64,000 nt of DNA from Utricularia gibba (Eukaryota; Plantae; Magnoliophyta), in NCBI GenBank assembly GCA_002189035.1, contig NEEC01000009.1, forward strand, positions 620,001 through 684,000. Reading direction: 5' to 3'. Below the pieces are notes generated by a model, which had not been told where the DNA came from, searched no databases, and saw only the letters and a list, made by a program, of their open reading frames with translations. Made by a program: the position numbers and the translations under genes. The first letter of the stretch is position 1. The number at the start of each line of letters is the position of its first letter. This document shows positions 26,256 to 37,994 of the stretch, in pieces.

Positions 26256-27776
26256 TCACATCCTTCTTCTCAAGAAATCAACCCATTCTTTTTCTTCTCT
26301 GATCCGCTCCAGAACACCATCAAGAGCAACATCGAAGGCATCCTTAAACTTCTTCATTTTCCCACTGGGTTTCGCGTAAATTAGCCTTGGGATAGTTTCA
26401 ATCAGCTTCTCTCTTTTCCTGCGTATCTTATCTCTGGTGAAACCCAACAGCATGCTCTTGATCGAAACATTCCCATTTTGCACTTCCTCCTGATCGATGA
26501 AAACAGAGTAACTCTCTGGTTCGCCGGGGAAGAACCACTCGTACTGTGCATACGCTGTTTTCGTGAAGAACACTGGAATTGAGCCCGCGATCACGCACTC
26601 GAATGCCGATTTCGCGGTGAAGGTGTTTCCTTTGGGCTGTAAACAAAATTCTGAATCCAGCAATGGGAGGAGAATCGTTGAGGAATTCGTCCAACAATCG
26701 GTGTTGGAACAGTCCACGGCGCGACAGGAGCCCGCGGATTCCTTCGTGCATTGATTCATCAGCAAGTTGCGAAACTCCGTTGCTGCCCAGCTTGGATATT
26801 CTGATGTGAATGCAAAGAGTGTAGACCTGTTATAGTTGCGGATGAAGCTCTGCCAGTCGCTGAGATCTTCAATCGTTTTGGGGTGGAATCCGGTGGGGTA
26901 AGGTACACTGACATCCATTTCATCTCCGGGGTACTTCTCGACGATGAAGCGAGTGATTTTGTTCATCAGAGGCATGTTGAGGAAAGTGGAACCCCAAGCT
27001 TTTCCTGGATCGGTGAGTCGCCGGAAATCCCAGGTGACTCGTCCAATGGACATGAAGTGATCCGAGCCGTTGGTTTTTTTCCAATGCTCCTGGTTCTGCA
27101 CCCAACGCAGCATCGCCTTGCAATCCCTGTCGCGGATGTCGGTGTCATTAACCCATAGGTGTTTCCCTACGGCTAGCCCAGCATAGAACGGTATGTAGAA
27201 AGCAGTAGCCAATTCCGGATCGGGAGTTCTGCACTTGTGCCGCAAGACGCGGTGGTGGAATATGACTTCGAGGGTATATTGATTCGTATGGTACCAAGAT
27301 TTGTAAAGATCCCCAGGCAAAAACCTACGGAGCTCGGTGGCGGCTCTGCCGTACCCGTGGTTGGGGATGATTCCGCAATCCCATCTCCACTGATCCAGAT
27401 CGGTGCAATCGGGGTTCACCAAGTCCCGATTCAGCGAAGGAGGAAGCTCGTAGACGAAGATTCTCCCAGAGGGGCATTCTTCACTGTAGTTGATAGCAGC
27501 GAAGGGGGCTTCACTCTCCGTTGCATTGGACACCGGGGTTGTGCGTATTTCTGGGAACTGGACAGGGATGGCGGCGGATCGGTCGGGAAAGCACGCCGAC
27601 GGGGAACGGCTGAGTGAAATGATTAGGGCTTGGACCCAGAGGAAAGCGATGAAAAGCCAGAATCGTGGGTGCGAAGAAAAGTGCATCTTGATCGAATTCA
27701 CGGCACTCCTGAACAAACCAGAGGACTTGCAAGCCTTCTTCGGGTTCTGGGCTTCCGGCGAGTGCGGCGGTACCAT
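26256..27776 (-). CDS. Exostosin-family GT47 glycosyltransferase (xyloglucan galactosyltransferase MUR3/XLT2-like clade), intronless
   Basis: 506-aa ORF from ATG 27776 with an N-terminal TM segment (FWLFIAFLWVQALIISL), GRIFVYELP, TNQYTLEVIFHHR, AFYIPFYAGL, DHFMSIGRVTWDFRR and FCLQP. Confidence 0.93.
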   Translation of the reverse strand: MVPPHSPEAQNPKKACKSSGLFRSAVNSIKMHFSSHPRFWLFIAFLWVQALIISLSRSPSACFPDRSAAIPVQFPEIRTTPVSNATESEAPFAAINYSEECPSGRIFVYELPPSLNRDLVNPDCTDLDQWRWDCGIIPNHGYGRAATELRRFLPGDLYKSWYHTNQYTLEVIFHHRVLRHKCRTPDPELATAFYIPFYAGLAVGKHLWVNDTDIRDRDCKAMLRWVQNQEHWKKTNGSDHFMSIGRVTWDFRRLTDPGKAWGSTFLNMPLMNKITRFIVEKYPGDEMDVSVPYPTGFHPKTIEDLSDWQSFIRNYNRSTLFAFTSEYPSWAATEFRNLLMNQCTKESAGSCRAVDCSNTDCWTNSSTILLPLLDSEFCLQPKGNTFTAKSAFECVIAGSIPVFFTKTAYAQYEWFFPGEPESYSVFIDQEEVQNGNVSIKSMLLGFTRDKIRRKREKLIETIPRLIYAKPSGKMKKFKDAFDVALDGVLERIREEKEWVDFLRRRM

Positions 27777-28372
27777 GGCCGCGGACAAAGAAAAGCTAAA
27801 TGGAGAAAAGACTAAATCTTTATCCGACCCAAAGACCAAAAGAGTAATAAACCAACCAACAACAGTGTCATAAATACCTGCGCCGTATGTAAGAAGCCAT
27901 TATTCAGTATATCATTGCCATTTCTTTAGAAGACGATGAATGACTCTGATGATCCTGGATCAGCGGTTGTTGTTCAGTCCATTGATGATGGCGGACATTG
28001 CGCTATAAAACAACCATCATTTGCCATTGGTTGGCATGTTGCTGTTTGCAAGGGAGTTGAGGAAATGACTTGTCACTTAGAGCGATCCCCACCTGCACAA
28101 CCAGATTTCACCCTTCGACTGAGTTTCCCATCCTTTCATGTCGCCCATCTTGCTTGACTCTGTTTTAACGATGCGATGAAGATGGTTATTATCTAACCAC
28201 CATCTGCTAACAGATTTATAGCAGGAAACTATTCCAAGATCTGGTTTTTACCCGGTTTCATTGGTAACTCTGATTTGTTTTCAAGTCAGAACATGGAATC
28301 CTGGTTACCAGATATCCCTCTGCATCTCATCTCTCTACTTCGCAACACAGGCCATCGAGTTCAAACCTCAAA

Positions 28373-29669
28373 ATGACGATGGCTCGCCCAGGTGACGGTA
28401 AAAGCGTCAAATTGTGAGGAGACAGTTTTTACCGGAGATGGGTTAAGAGTGTAGAGATAAAAGAGACTCATCTAAAAAGGAAGGGAACACCCGATTAGGT
28501 ATGTGGGTTTTACACTGCAATCATTGCAGGCCGACGAAGCCTGTGAAAACTGTTACTTTCCCAATCTCCGACATTCAGCGACCTTCTCCGATTGTAGGAA
28601 TTATTCTCTTCTTATGGTTCTAATACTGGGAATCAGTTCCGTTTACTTTAGACTTGAGGAGCTCACCGGCCGCCAGCTTACAGCAGCAGGATACTTCAGC
28701 TCTGGCTCTGAGGTAAGAGTAGCATTCTTATGAGATCTTGGGTTAATGACGAATGCAGTGCATAAGGGCTCTGCACTTTTCTCTTGTTCACGATGAACTA
28801 TTATTCAATCAGATCGGGAAAGCTGGGATAGAGACATAAGCGATGCAATGGGGAGGGAATCTCTGTGATCTCACCTTCAATTTGACGATCTAGGTAAACC
28901 CACCAAGCTTTCATCTTGGCTTTCTTTCTTTTAAAAGTCAAGAAAGTGGGGGATTAAGCTTGCTTATCCAACAGGGGTATGTCACCAGCCGGGTTTTTAG
29001 GCGATTTCTTCATACAAAATGCCTTCTTCGCTGCGCTCGCCGGTAAGCACTGTGTTCTGATTTATGGTTTTGGGGACAAGAAAAACAGGGTTGAATTTTA
29101 CAGGGGATGGGGCTCTGAATCCGGTGACCTCCACCATGTGGCGATTGTCCTTTCTGTTGTCCTGTTGCTTCTCGCTTCCTAATTGTGCTTTTCAGCTATA
29201 CTGATGATGATCATTGCCCTGATCATCAAACTCATGTGCAACATCGACGCCCGTGAAGCCCCCGGTGCAATCCCAGCTGCTGACGCATCGGCGACGACGG
29301 AGAGGAGCAGATTGGTTTCCTGGAAGGAAGGTAATGAATCGGGAAATCACGGGAGTTTTGATTCCGGAACCAACTGCTCGTCGGACGAGGAGATGTACGA
29401 CGGCAGAATGTGCGTCATCTGCTACGAGCACTACAGGGATTGCTTCTACATCCCCTGCGGCCACTGCATTTCCTGCCACGCCTGCGCTTATCGGTAACAT
29501 CTCCTTCGGTTCCTCTCCCACCGTCCACCCTTAGTCAGCAAGTTTTCACCTTTCCGACGGCCGCCACTAGACTGAAAAAAACAAAAAAACAAAATGCAGG
29601 GTGATGAAGAGTGAAGGCAGGAGCTGTCCCATTTGCCGTGGGGTGATCCAGAAAGTGCGCACTGTGTAG
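28373..29669 (+). pseudogene. APD-like RING-HC E3 ligase gene; 5' region disrupted, TM plus RING 3' exons intact
   Basis: The 3' exons give AILMMIIALIIKLMC...DEEMYDGRMCVICYEHYRDCFYIPCGHCISCHACAYR joined to VMKSEGRSCPICRGVIQKVRTV*. The upstream stretch WVKSVEIKE...CGF resembles the APD N-terminal region but has in-frame stops at 28415 and 28496. Confidence 0.65.
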
Positions 29670-29947
29670 CAGCTCTGGAAGCGCATTCTCTCTGCAATCC
29701 CCACACCTGATGGTGCGCCCACCTTGAAATTCTTCTGATGAAGTGTAAAATACACAAGTTTGCATCAAGTTGAGGTGCAAACCCTCACCGATTCCCATCT
29801 CTGAAACCAAGTGGCTCCATCCGCACGCATCATTGTCCTTTCTTTTCGGGTGTTGTCGCTAACTCTGGTACTGGTTCATTCTCATCAGTCACTACTAGTC
29901 TTCATGACCCAGTTGAAGGAATCTTGTCAGATTAGCGGGGGTATGGA

Positions 29948-30195
29948 CATTGAGCCCCTGGTGGAGCCCAAAGATCGGTGCCGTTGTGAAGCCCATCGGG
30001 CTGGTTCCCCAACAGCCCAATAATAAGCCCACTTATGGTGGGGAACCTGCGATGGCCCGAAGCTTCTCATCTCTGTCATTGAGCCTGGTGGTGCCCACAT
30101 ATCGATACTACTATGAAGCCCATGGGCGTGGTCCCGAAAAGGCCCAATAAGAAGCCCATTTGTGGTGGGGAACGTGTGATGTCACAAAGATTCTA
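29948..30195 (+). repeat. Two tandem diverged units of about 125 bp, rich in GCCCA; a third copy lies at about 31101-31205
   Basis: The pattern cattgagcc...gcccaataa(t/g)aagccca(c/t)tt.tggtggggaac occurs at 29948 and 30077, and cattgggcc...ggcccaataagaagcccatttttgttggggcac at 31101. Confidence 0.75.
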
Positions 30196-30209
30196 CTTAA
30201 TCTAAAAAT

Positions 30210-30620
30210 GGAAAAATTACGCAAATAGTTCTTACTATTTACTTAAATAATATAATTAATCCCCTAAAATAATATTTCAATTTCTACTATTTCAAAAATA
30301 TTTATAAATGGTCCGAAATATTTCAAAATTGGACAAAAATAATCTCCAATATTTACACTAATATCAAAAATAATATTCAATTTAATAATACATTTACCAA
30401 TTTTATTTTATTATTTTCGACTGACCTCCAACCGTCACAGCCCATCCCCGCACACCCGGCAGCAGCCCGTGTGAACATTGTGTCGGCCGCCCGCGCCCAC
30501 CCATCGCGACATGTGCGGGCGCCGGCGGCGAGCATATGGGGGCGCCCAGGGGGTGTGTGGGTGGTGGCGGCGGGGCACATGCCCGGTGGTTGATGGTGGA
30601 GCCGTGGTCGATCTACTCTA
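30210..30620 (+). mobile_element. Probable truncated MULE end (one TIR plus GC-rich interior)
   Basis: Starts ggaaaaattacgcaaatagt, a Mutator-like terminus, followed by an AT-rich arm and a GC-rich block at 30420-30610. No partner TIR was found. Confidence 0.4.
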
Positions 30621-31650
30621 AATGAATCGTTCATTTTCTATGCCTAGTAGTATTTGTTTTGAACTTGATGATTCTGTTAATAGACAATCATCTTTTATTC
30701 TGAATCGTTGCAGGTCAATGGATCATTATATTGTATGTTAGCAGTCATAAATTGATATTATTTATTTCCTATCATCTTTTAGATGTGTGGTCGATTTACA
30801 AGTAGTTTTTGAACCAATGTATTATTCATATGCTAATCCATTATTCCTACCTTGTTCAGTCAATTTAGGTTATAGCAATTTATTTGATCTAATCGATTCT
30901 TCCAACCAATTCCTCTGGTTTTACTCCGATTCATGACTCTGGGTTTCGTTTGATGAGTGCATTTCGGTCTTTTCTTCCCTCCGCCCTACGATGCTGATTT
31001 TCGACACCATCAATTATTGGTTGTTATATTTCACCCCCTTCCATGATACTGATACTATGGACGTGGATGGATAACCAAGATTGATTAGAGTGGTATGTAC
31101 ATTGGGCCTGATAGAACCCAAATACCGTTCCATACTCATGAGCCTGTTCTCTCAACAGGCCCAATAAGAAGCCCATTTTTGTTGGGGCACGTGGATGAAG
31201 AATCGGGGCTCCACGAGTCGGGCTCATGTGGGGTCCACCCTCACTTTTTTGGAGTCGCGACGAATCATCTCGTTGGAGAACAGAATGTTTTTGTGTGGAT
31301 GTTATAAGTCAAATTAAATTAAAAATGTGTCTGATGTGAGTTGGCCATCTTTATTAAAGGTAAAGGCTTGTTTTTCATTGTTTATTTTTAAATTTTTAAA
31401 ATATTAAAAGTATTTTTTGAAAATTAATTCTCATAAATTAGAAATTGTAATTTTAAAAAAATTAAATATTTTTAGAACAAAAAAACCATTTAAAGAATAT
31501 AAAATTAGACTATATATCAAAATCATATTTGATAACAGTAAATAAATTATATTCCGTGGCCCTCGTCTGCACGCTTCTTTTAACCCCGCACTTCACTTTC
31601 CGGCGACTTTTGAGTCGCGTGCTCCATTTGCCGATCATAGAAATTGTCGA

Positions 31651-33579
31651 ATGTTTCCCCACGAGGAGGAGCGTGCGGAGCGGTTGTTGGATTCTTGGGA
31701 TGAAGGCGGACAAGAGCGTGCTTACGCTTCCGAGGATAAGGTTCATATCATTGGCTTGGGAGAGGAGCCGGGCTCCGATGAGGATCCTACTGCGAAACCA
31801 CCTTTTTCGTGGAGAAAGCTCTGGCTTTTCACGGGTCCTGGGTTCTTGATGAGCATAGCGTTTTTGGATCCGGGAAACCTTGAAGGGGATCTCCAGTCTG
31901 GTGCCATTGCTGGTTACTCGCTGCTATGGTTGCTTTTTTGGGCAACGGCCATGGGACTTCTTATTCAGCTTCTTTCTGCACGTCTTGGAGTGGCTACTGG
32001 GAAGCATCTGGCTGAGATATGCAGGGAAGAGTATCCTGATTGGGCAAGGCTTGTGCTATGGGTTATGGCTGAAATGGCTTTGATTGGGGCCGATATTCAG
32101 GAGGTAATTGGAAGTGCTATTGCAATCAAGATTTTGTCTCGGGGGGTTCTTCCGCTTTGGGCTGGAGTTATCATCACTGCTCTGGATTGGTAAGGATCTC
32201 TGACGTTCACCTTATTTAATCGTGCACTTCATTTATTATGAGTTTGAGGCATCGCTGATTTGATTGGGTTATGGTGCGTTGAGAGTTGGAATATTTTTAT
32301 TATTTTTTTCTTGAATTCATTAAAGCTGAATTGTTGAAAGGGAGTTGCACTTTACCATACGCCAAGCGTTTAGTTTGCAGCTCACCCACTTGTTTGATGC
32401 AGCTTCATGTTCTTGTTTCTTGAGAATTATGGCGTCAGGAAACTTGAAGCGCTTTTTGCTGTTCTTATTGCTGTTATGGCGGTTTCCTTTGCCTGGATGT
32501 TTGGTGAAACGAAGCCTGATGGAGGCCAACTTTTAAAGGGTATATACATGCTTCCTTTTCATTTATGTGCTTCCGTTTATCTAGTGTCAAAGGCACTTGA
32601 CAACTGATGAGCATGTGCTTGATATTTTTGCAGGTATTTTGCTTCCGAGACTCAGCTCGGACACCATAAAGCAGGCAGTTGGAGTAGTGGGATGCATCAT
32701 AATGCCACACAATGTTTTCTTACACTCTGCACTGGTGCAATCTAGAGAAGTTGACCATCATAAGATAGGCAGAGTTCGTGAAGCTCTGACTTACTATTCG
32801 ATTGAGTCTGCTGCCGCTCTTGCTCTCTCTTTTGTGATCAATTTATTTGTCACTGCAGTTTTTGCCAAGGTATTTTATGGAACAGAAATAGCCAACAATA
32901 TTGGCCTGGCAAATGCTGGCCAGTATCTTCAAGAGAGGTTTGGTGGTGGTTTTTTTCCGATCCTCTATATATGGGCTATTGGTGTGCTGGCTGCGGGTCA
33001 GAGCAGCACGATTACGGGTACTTATGCGGGGCAGTTTATCATGGGAGGATTTTTGAACTTGAGAATGAAAAAATCCCTGAGATCTCTTATAACCAGAAGC
33101 TGTGCCATTATCCCTACATTAATTGTAGCTCTTGTTTTCGATTCTTCTGAGGATTCGTTGGATGTTCTGAATGAGTGGCTCAATGTTCTACAGTCGGTTC
33201 AAATTCCGTTTGCTCTTATTCCTCTTGTTTGCCTTGTTTCCAAGGAGGAAATCATGGGGTTCTTCAAAATTGGAACATTTCTTCAGGTAGATCATCTTTG
33301 CCTACTGTAGTGCTGCTATGTGTAATCCAGGTACTCCATTATAACTGAAGTCCATTTTTTCCGGTTTCATAGGTGATATCTTGGCTTGTGGCTCTGCTGG
33401 TAATGGTGATCAATGGCTATCTTTTGGTCGACTTTTTCTCATCAGAAGGAAGTGGCTTCTTGTTTACTGTTATCATTTCGGTTTTCACGGCAGCATATGT
33501 TGGCTTCATTGCGTATCTCATAGCAAGAGGATTTTCCCTCTCCAGATTCTTCGATAAAGTAAGTACCACTCCGAGTTGA
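31651..33579 (+). CDS. NRAMP3: NRAMP metal transporter (NRAMP3/4 type), 4 exons
   Basis: [48 protein letters not shown] and [21 protein letters not shown]. Exons are approximately 31651-32189, 32403-32539, 32634-33285 and 33373-33579, all in frame. Confidence 0.97.
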
Positions 33580-34551
33580 AGACTTCCCTCCTGAAAATCG
33601 ATGACGATGATGAAATGGGAGATCCCCGGCCGGCTTCCTGTATATGTATCATCCTCCGTCGATGAATGCTCGCATAACAAAGGATGAGAACCCTTGTCCG
33701 TTGCAATGTAACTTAGTTTCTTGATACAAGAAAATCTACAAGTTCGTTAGCTAACAAAAAGGTTCCCTCCCCCGCTGTTGTAATATGTATTGTACATGAA
33801 ACTTTGCATCATAAGGGCTCTGGTTTCCAGTGTTTACTTCAGTGATTTACTCTCATTCACCATGTTCTTGTAAAGTGGAAAGACTCGATCTTTGTAGTGA
33901 TTCGCAATCACAGAGTCAGATTGTAGTCCAGGTGCTGATTCATACCATATAATCGCGAGTGACCTTCTCCTTCCTCCCGCAGAGATTGCCCGGAAAAAGA
34001 CCCAAACATTCATATCTTGGGGACTGCAGAGGACCGGGCAAAAGCCGCTTCCGGGAGGGACGTGTTCGGCTGGACATGAGTTAAAGCATGTGGGTTTGTG
34101 AAAAAGGTGTAGTCTTTCACGGACTGCGACTTCCACTCAAGATCGGCATCGTGGTCATCATCATCATCATCATCAATGGGCGCACCCGCACCAGCTTTCC
34201 AAAGCATTAATTCGTTTTCACGCGTTCACCATTACAGCAGCCGCATTCAACATCGAAGCACTGTGGGTGTGCATTATCGCCGGGCTATCGCCGTCCACAG
34301 CTGTGATGATGGTTGACTCCACGGGCATCGTGCTCGACTGGCGTGAATGAATAAATGCATTAAGTAAACAACTAGGACTGTTCCTAGTCTCAAGGGAAGG
34401 ATGTCTGAGATCATACGAGGATTACAAAAATCCAATCTTTCGACGTATAAGATACTCATTTTGACATCGTTCTAGGAACATTTTTGGGAAGTATAGATCT
34501 TTTGTGCAGTATGTGTGTTGGGAGTTGATGTGAAGATGAACGCTGCTGCTG

Positions 34552-35379
34552 TCATGGCAGCTGCATTATCCATTGGAATGTTCGATGACGAGAAATCTGT
34601 TTTTTGGCCGTTTCCTTCTTTCCGGTCAGCCGTTCTACTCGGCTCTCGCTTGCGCTACGCCTGAAAATCGAAGCTTCCGCAGCAGCGTCCACCGTACAGT
34701 AGATGCAACCGGGAAGAAACGCAGGATTGACTTTCTTTTTCTTCACGGGAATGGGGTTTGTTGCTTTGTAACGGAATCTCAGGTTCTGAAACGTCATCTC
34801 CGGCGGAGGAGTTAGCAATCCAGACCGGAAAATGTTCCACGGCGATGGTTTCTGTTGTCTACGAAAACTGCCCCCCACCTGGACAAAAAAAGTAAAAAAA
34901 TTATCCTGTTTCGTACTCTTTTCCGGACAAGATTCCAAATATACCTCTCGACGGATTCTCGGGGAGGGGCTCGGCTGGGAGAGGAAATTATTACGCGAAG
35001 GCGGCGGCGGCGGTTCGAGGCTAATCGCCGTTAAATTGTTGTGGCTGCTACCGCTACTAGAAGACGGATGGCTGCTGCTAATGCTGCTACTTCTACTGGG
35101 AACAACATCGCCGCGATCAAGCGACTTTGATCGGGAAATTTGACACAACGGCACGATTCTACCCTGAAAGAAAACTCGGTCAGCGGCGCACATGTGCGCG
35201 GAGTCCCTCGAAACAGCCCCGAAATCGAAATCCTCCGAATCTCCATGTTTGAAATTGAAATCCATATCTGGGATTCGAGTTTTCTCCACCCCAGAGCCGA
35301 CAAGCTGCAGATCAGTGAGCGACAGAGTCTCCTCCTCATCTTCCTCCACTGGCAGGTCTCGTTCTTGAGCTTCCTCCAT
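34552..35379 (-). CDS. Uncharacterised Ser/Pro-rich plant protein, intronless
   Basis: 275-aa ORF from ATG 35379 with EEEETLSLTDL, DFDF, MCAADRVFFQGRIVPL and C-terminal SRHRTFQW, motifs recurrent in a plant family of unknown function. Confidence 0.8.
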   Translation of the reverse strand: MEEAQERDLPVEEDEEETLSLTDLQLVGSGVEKTRIPDMDFNFKHGDSEDFDFGAVSRDSAHMCAADRVFFQGRIVPLCQISRSKSLDRGDVVPSRSSSISSSHPSSSSGSSHNNLTAISLEPPPPPSRNNFLSQPSPSPRIRREVYLESCPEKSTKQDNFFTFFVQVGGSFRRQQKPSPWNIFRSGLLTPPPEMTFQNLRFRYKATNPIPVKKKKVNPAFLPGCIYCTVDAAAEASIFRRSASESRVERLTGKKETAKKQISRHRTFQWIMQLP

Positions 35380-37994
35380 GGCGCAGATTGGTGTGCCACA
35401 GACACGAGACAAGTGTAACCACAGAAAAAGAAAGCCTTGCTGGTGGTTGTAAATGCAAGACGGGTATACCAAACTACACACACCACGCTTCTCTATTTCC
35501 TTCCCTTTTCTTGCCACACACTTCTCCACTTAAAGCCCTCATCCCCATTCCCCCCCATTCAAGTAAACCATAACCGGGGTGGGCGCAAGGTCGAATCTTT
35601 TTCAGAACTTTAAAAGGGAAAGCTCTTGTGGAAGCCCAGGCGACTCCAGTGGTTTCCATTAACACCCCACTGCTGCGCGATAGATTAGTGAAGGGAGGCT
35701 ATGGTCCAATTATCTTCATTTTAAGTGGTCCGCGTGTTTTCTTTACTTACCATTTAATACCCACACATGGCTTGCTTCCATAATTACACTAGCTTTCAGC
35801 AGTAGCTCGCGATTATGCCGTCACTGTCGCTCACCCTCCTCGATGCCGACTCACTGCTCAGCGCTTAATACCATTCACCCATGGGGTTATTCGACGCTTG
35901 ATTCAGCAACAGCCTTCTAAATCACTCACTACATGTTTAATGCAGTTGGGTATTTTCGTAGAACAAGTGTCAGTTCAGTTCAGGTGTATCAGTCCGTACG
36001 GACAAAGGGACAGAAGCACCCGTGCTGGTTGCTGATCTTGGGGAAGTATACATTTGGCTGGGGGGTGCCTGTGTTTGTCTCTATTGACCTCTGTGGCGCT
36101 TGCAGTCAGTTCACTTCATGCACGAGAACTATCTGCAGGATCAAGTGAAGGTCAAAACATAATCAACCAGAAGGCTATCTGATAAGTTGCGTCTCCATAA
36201 GAACGTAGGCTTGAATTCTGATCAAGCAGATCTTGGTTCCTGCTAACATAACACCAAGATCCAAGCATCATCTATTACATTCCTAGAACTTGGTTCTTAA
36301 ATCAGTCATGGCATTGTATTAAAAATTCTTCTATTGAAATTAGGGAACTGATAGGATCGAACGATCACGTATAAAATTTAGGTGCACAATAAATGTAAAT
36401 CACATTACAAAAAATTATATATAATTAATTATTAATAATTTATAATTTTTTATATAATTGACTAGTTTACTTTAAAATTTTAATATGAGATTATTTTGTT
36501 CTAACCCACATTCTCAAATCCAACTTAATTCGATTAAAACTTGTTTTTTTAGTGATTGTAGGTGTATGATTATAAGTTGATCTGATTAGTCGATCAAGCT
36601 TAACGCATATTTTAGAATTCAAATTAATACGAAACACATCTTGGTTATCCAAGATAAATACTTGGATATCATATTTAAATTAAGTATTTGATGTACTCGG
36701 TAAAGCACAAGTGAAGTTAATGTATACAAAAAATATATATTATATTAAAATAATTAAATTCAATTGATTATTAATTATTTGTAATTTTGTATATAATTGA
36801 CTATTTTAATTTCAAATCTAAATGTAATATTATGTGTTGTAAATTTATATTTACTTCACTAGTTGGTAAAATGGTCGTAGCCATGATGATGCAGTAGCTA
36901 TCGGTTGACGATTCCAAAAGTTGGGGTTCGCATTCTTTTGGTCTTGTTCATTTTGTCTTTAGAAGAGGGAGGAATGCTTCTTCTGTTGCTGGCCGCTGGC
37001 CGGCCAATAAAACAAACCACCTTTCGGACCGCCCGGGGACCCACGCCGCCAAAAGTTGTGATAGTGGCCGGCCCGACCCGTAGCCGCGTAGTGGGCCCCA
37101 CACCATTCCCATCCAATACACGTAATTCGAATAGGTGGCATCCTATTTTATATCCCTAACCCTTGTTTAAGATTTGGATTTTTTAAAAAATCTATTTTAC
37201 TATTAATATTTCACTTTGATATCATTAACGGCCACTAATAGCATCGAATTTTCATGATTTTACCTTTTTTTTAATTCCAATAAAAAGAATTCAAATAAAA
37301 TTAAAATGATTCATGTATTTCATTGTACTTACTCCCTATCATGTATCTTTAATTCATGTAAACATCAATTTTTAAATGTTTTTTCCAGACACCCATGATG
37401 ACTTTTGTGAATATCTAAAAAATATAAATCATTTTTGGAAACACATTTCTATATTTACATGAATCATTTTGGGTACGTGTAAAATATATATTATTTTTAA
37501 TATTTTGTAACATGTAGTGTAATTTTTTTATATTTTTATTTCTCAATATTAACCAGTAAACCATTATCAATGATTTTGAAATATTTTTATTATTATTTTA
37601 AATGTAATCAATATCTATTTTTTTTAAAAAAAATAATTTCTTAATCAATGAATTCAAACCGTCCATTCATTAGATTCAAAAGAAGTTGGAACTATGGTTT
37701 CTTGATTTATAAAATAACGAATCAATCTTAAACTGCATGGCTTTTAAATCAGAATCGGAATTGAAATAGGGTTTGAGTTCAAACAGGTCACAACATTAGA
37801 GTCCAATTTTTAAAAAAATAGACGGAAAATAAAAAAGACAGTTCACGCTTCATGCAACTACTTCTAAAAACGTTTATACGAATATAGAAATAATTACAGA
37901 ATACATTCCTTTTTCTTCCTTCCGTAGTTGAAAACAGCGGAGCAGCAGAGACGGGTGGGCCCACTTTTGATGGCGTTTCCCCTTTTTACCCTTA

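Noticed and set aside
34552-35529. Longer 325-aa version of the uncharacterised protein, and extended starts for ORFs 5153 and 26256-27839
   Set aside because: The upstream extensions begin at non-ATG or unsupported codons and lack homology. The ATGs at 35379, 5309 and 27776 fit the family N-termini better.
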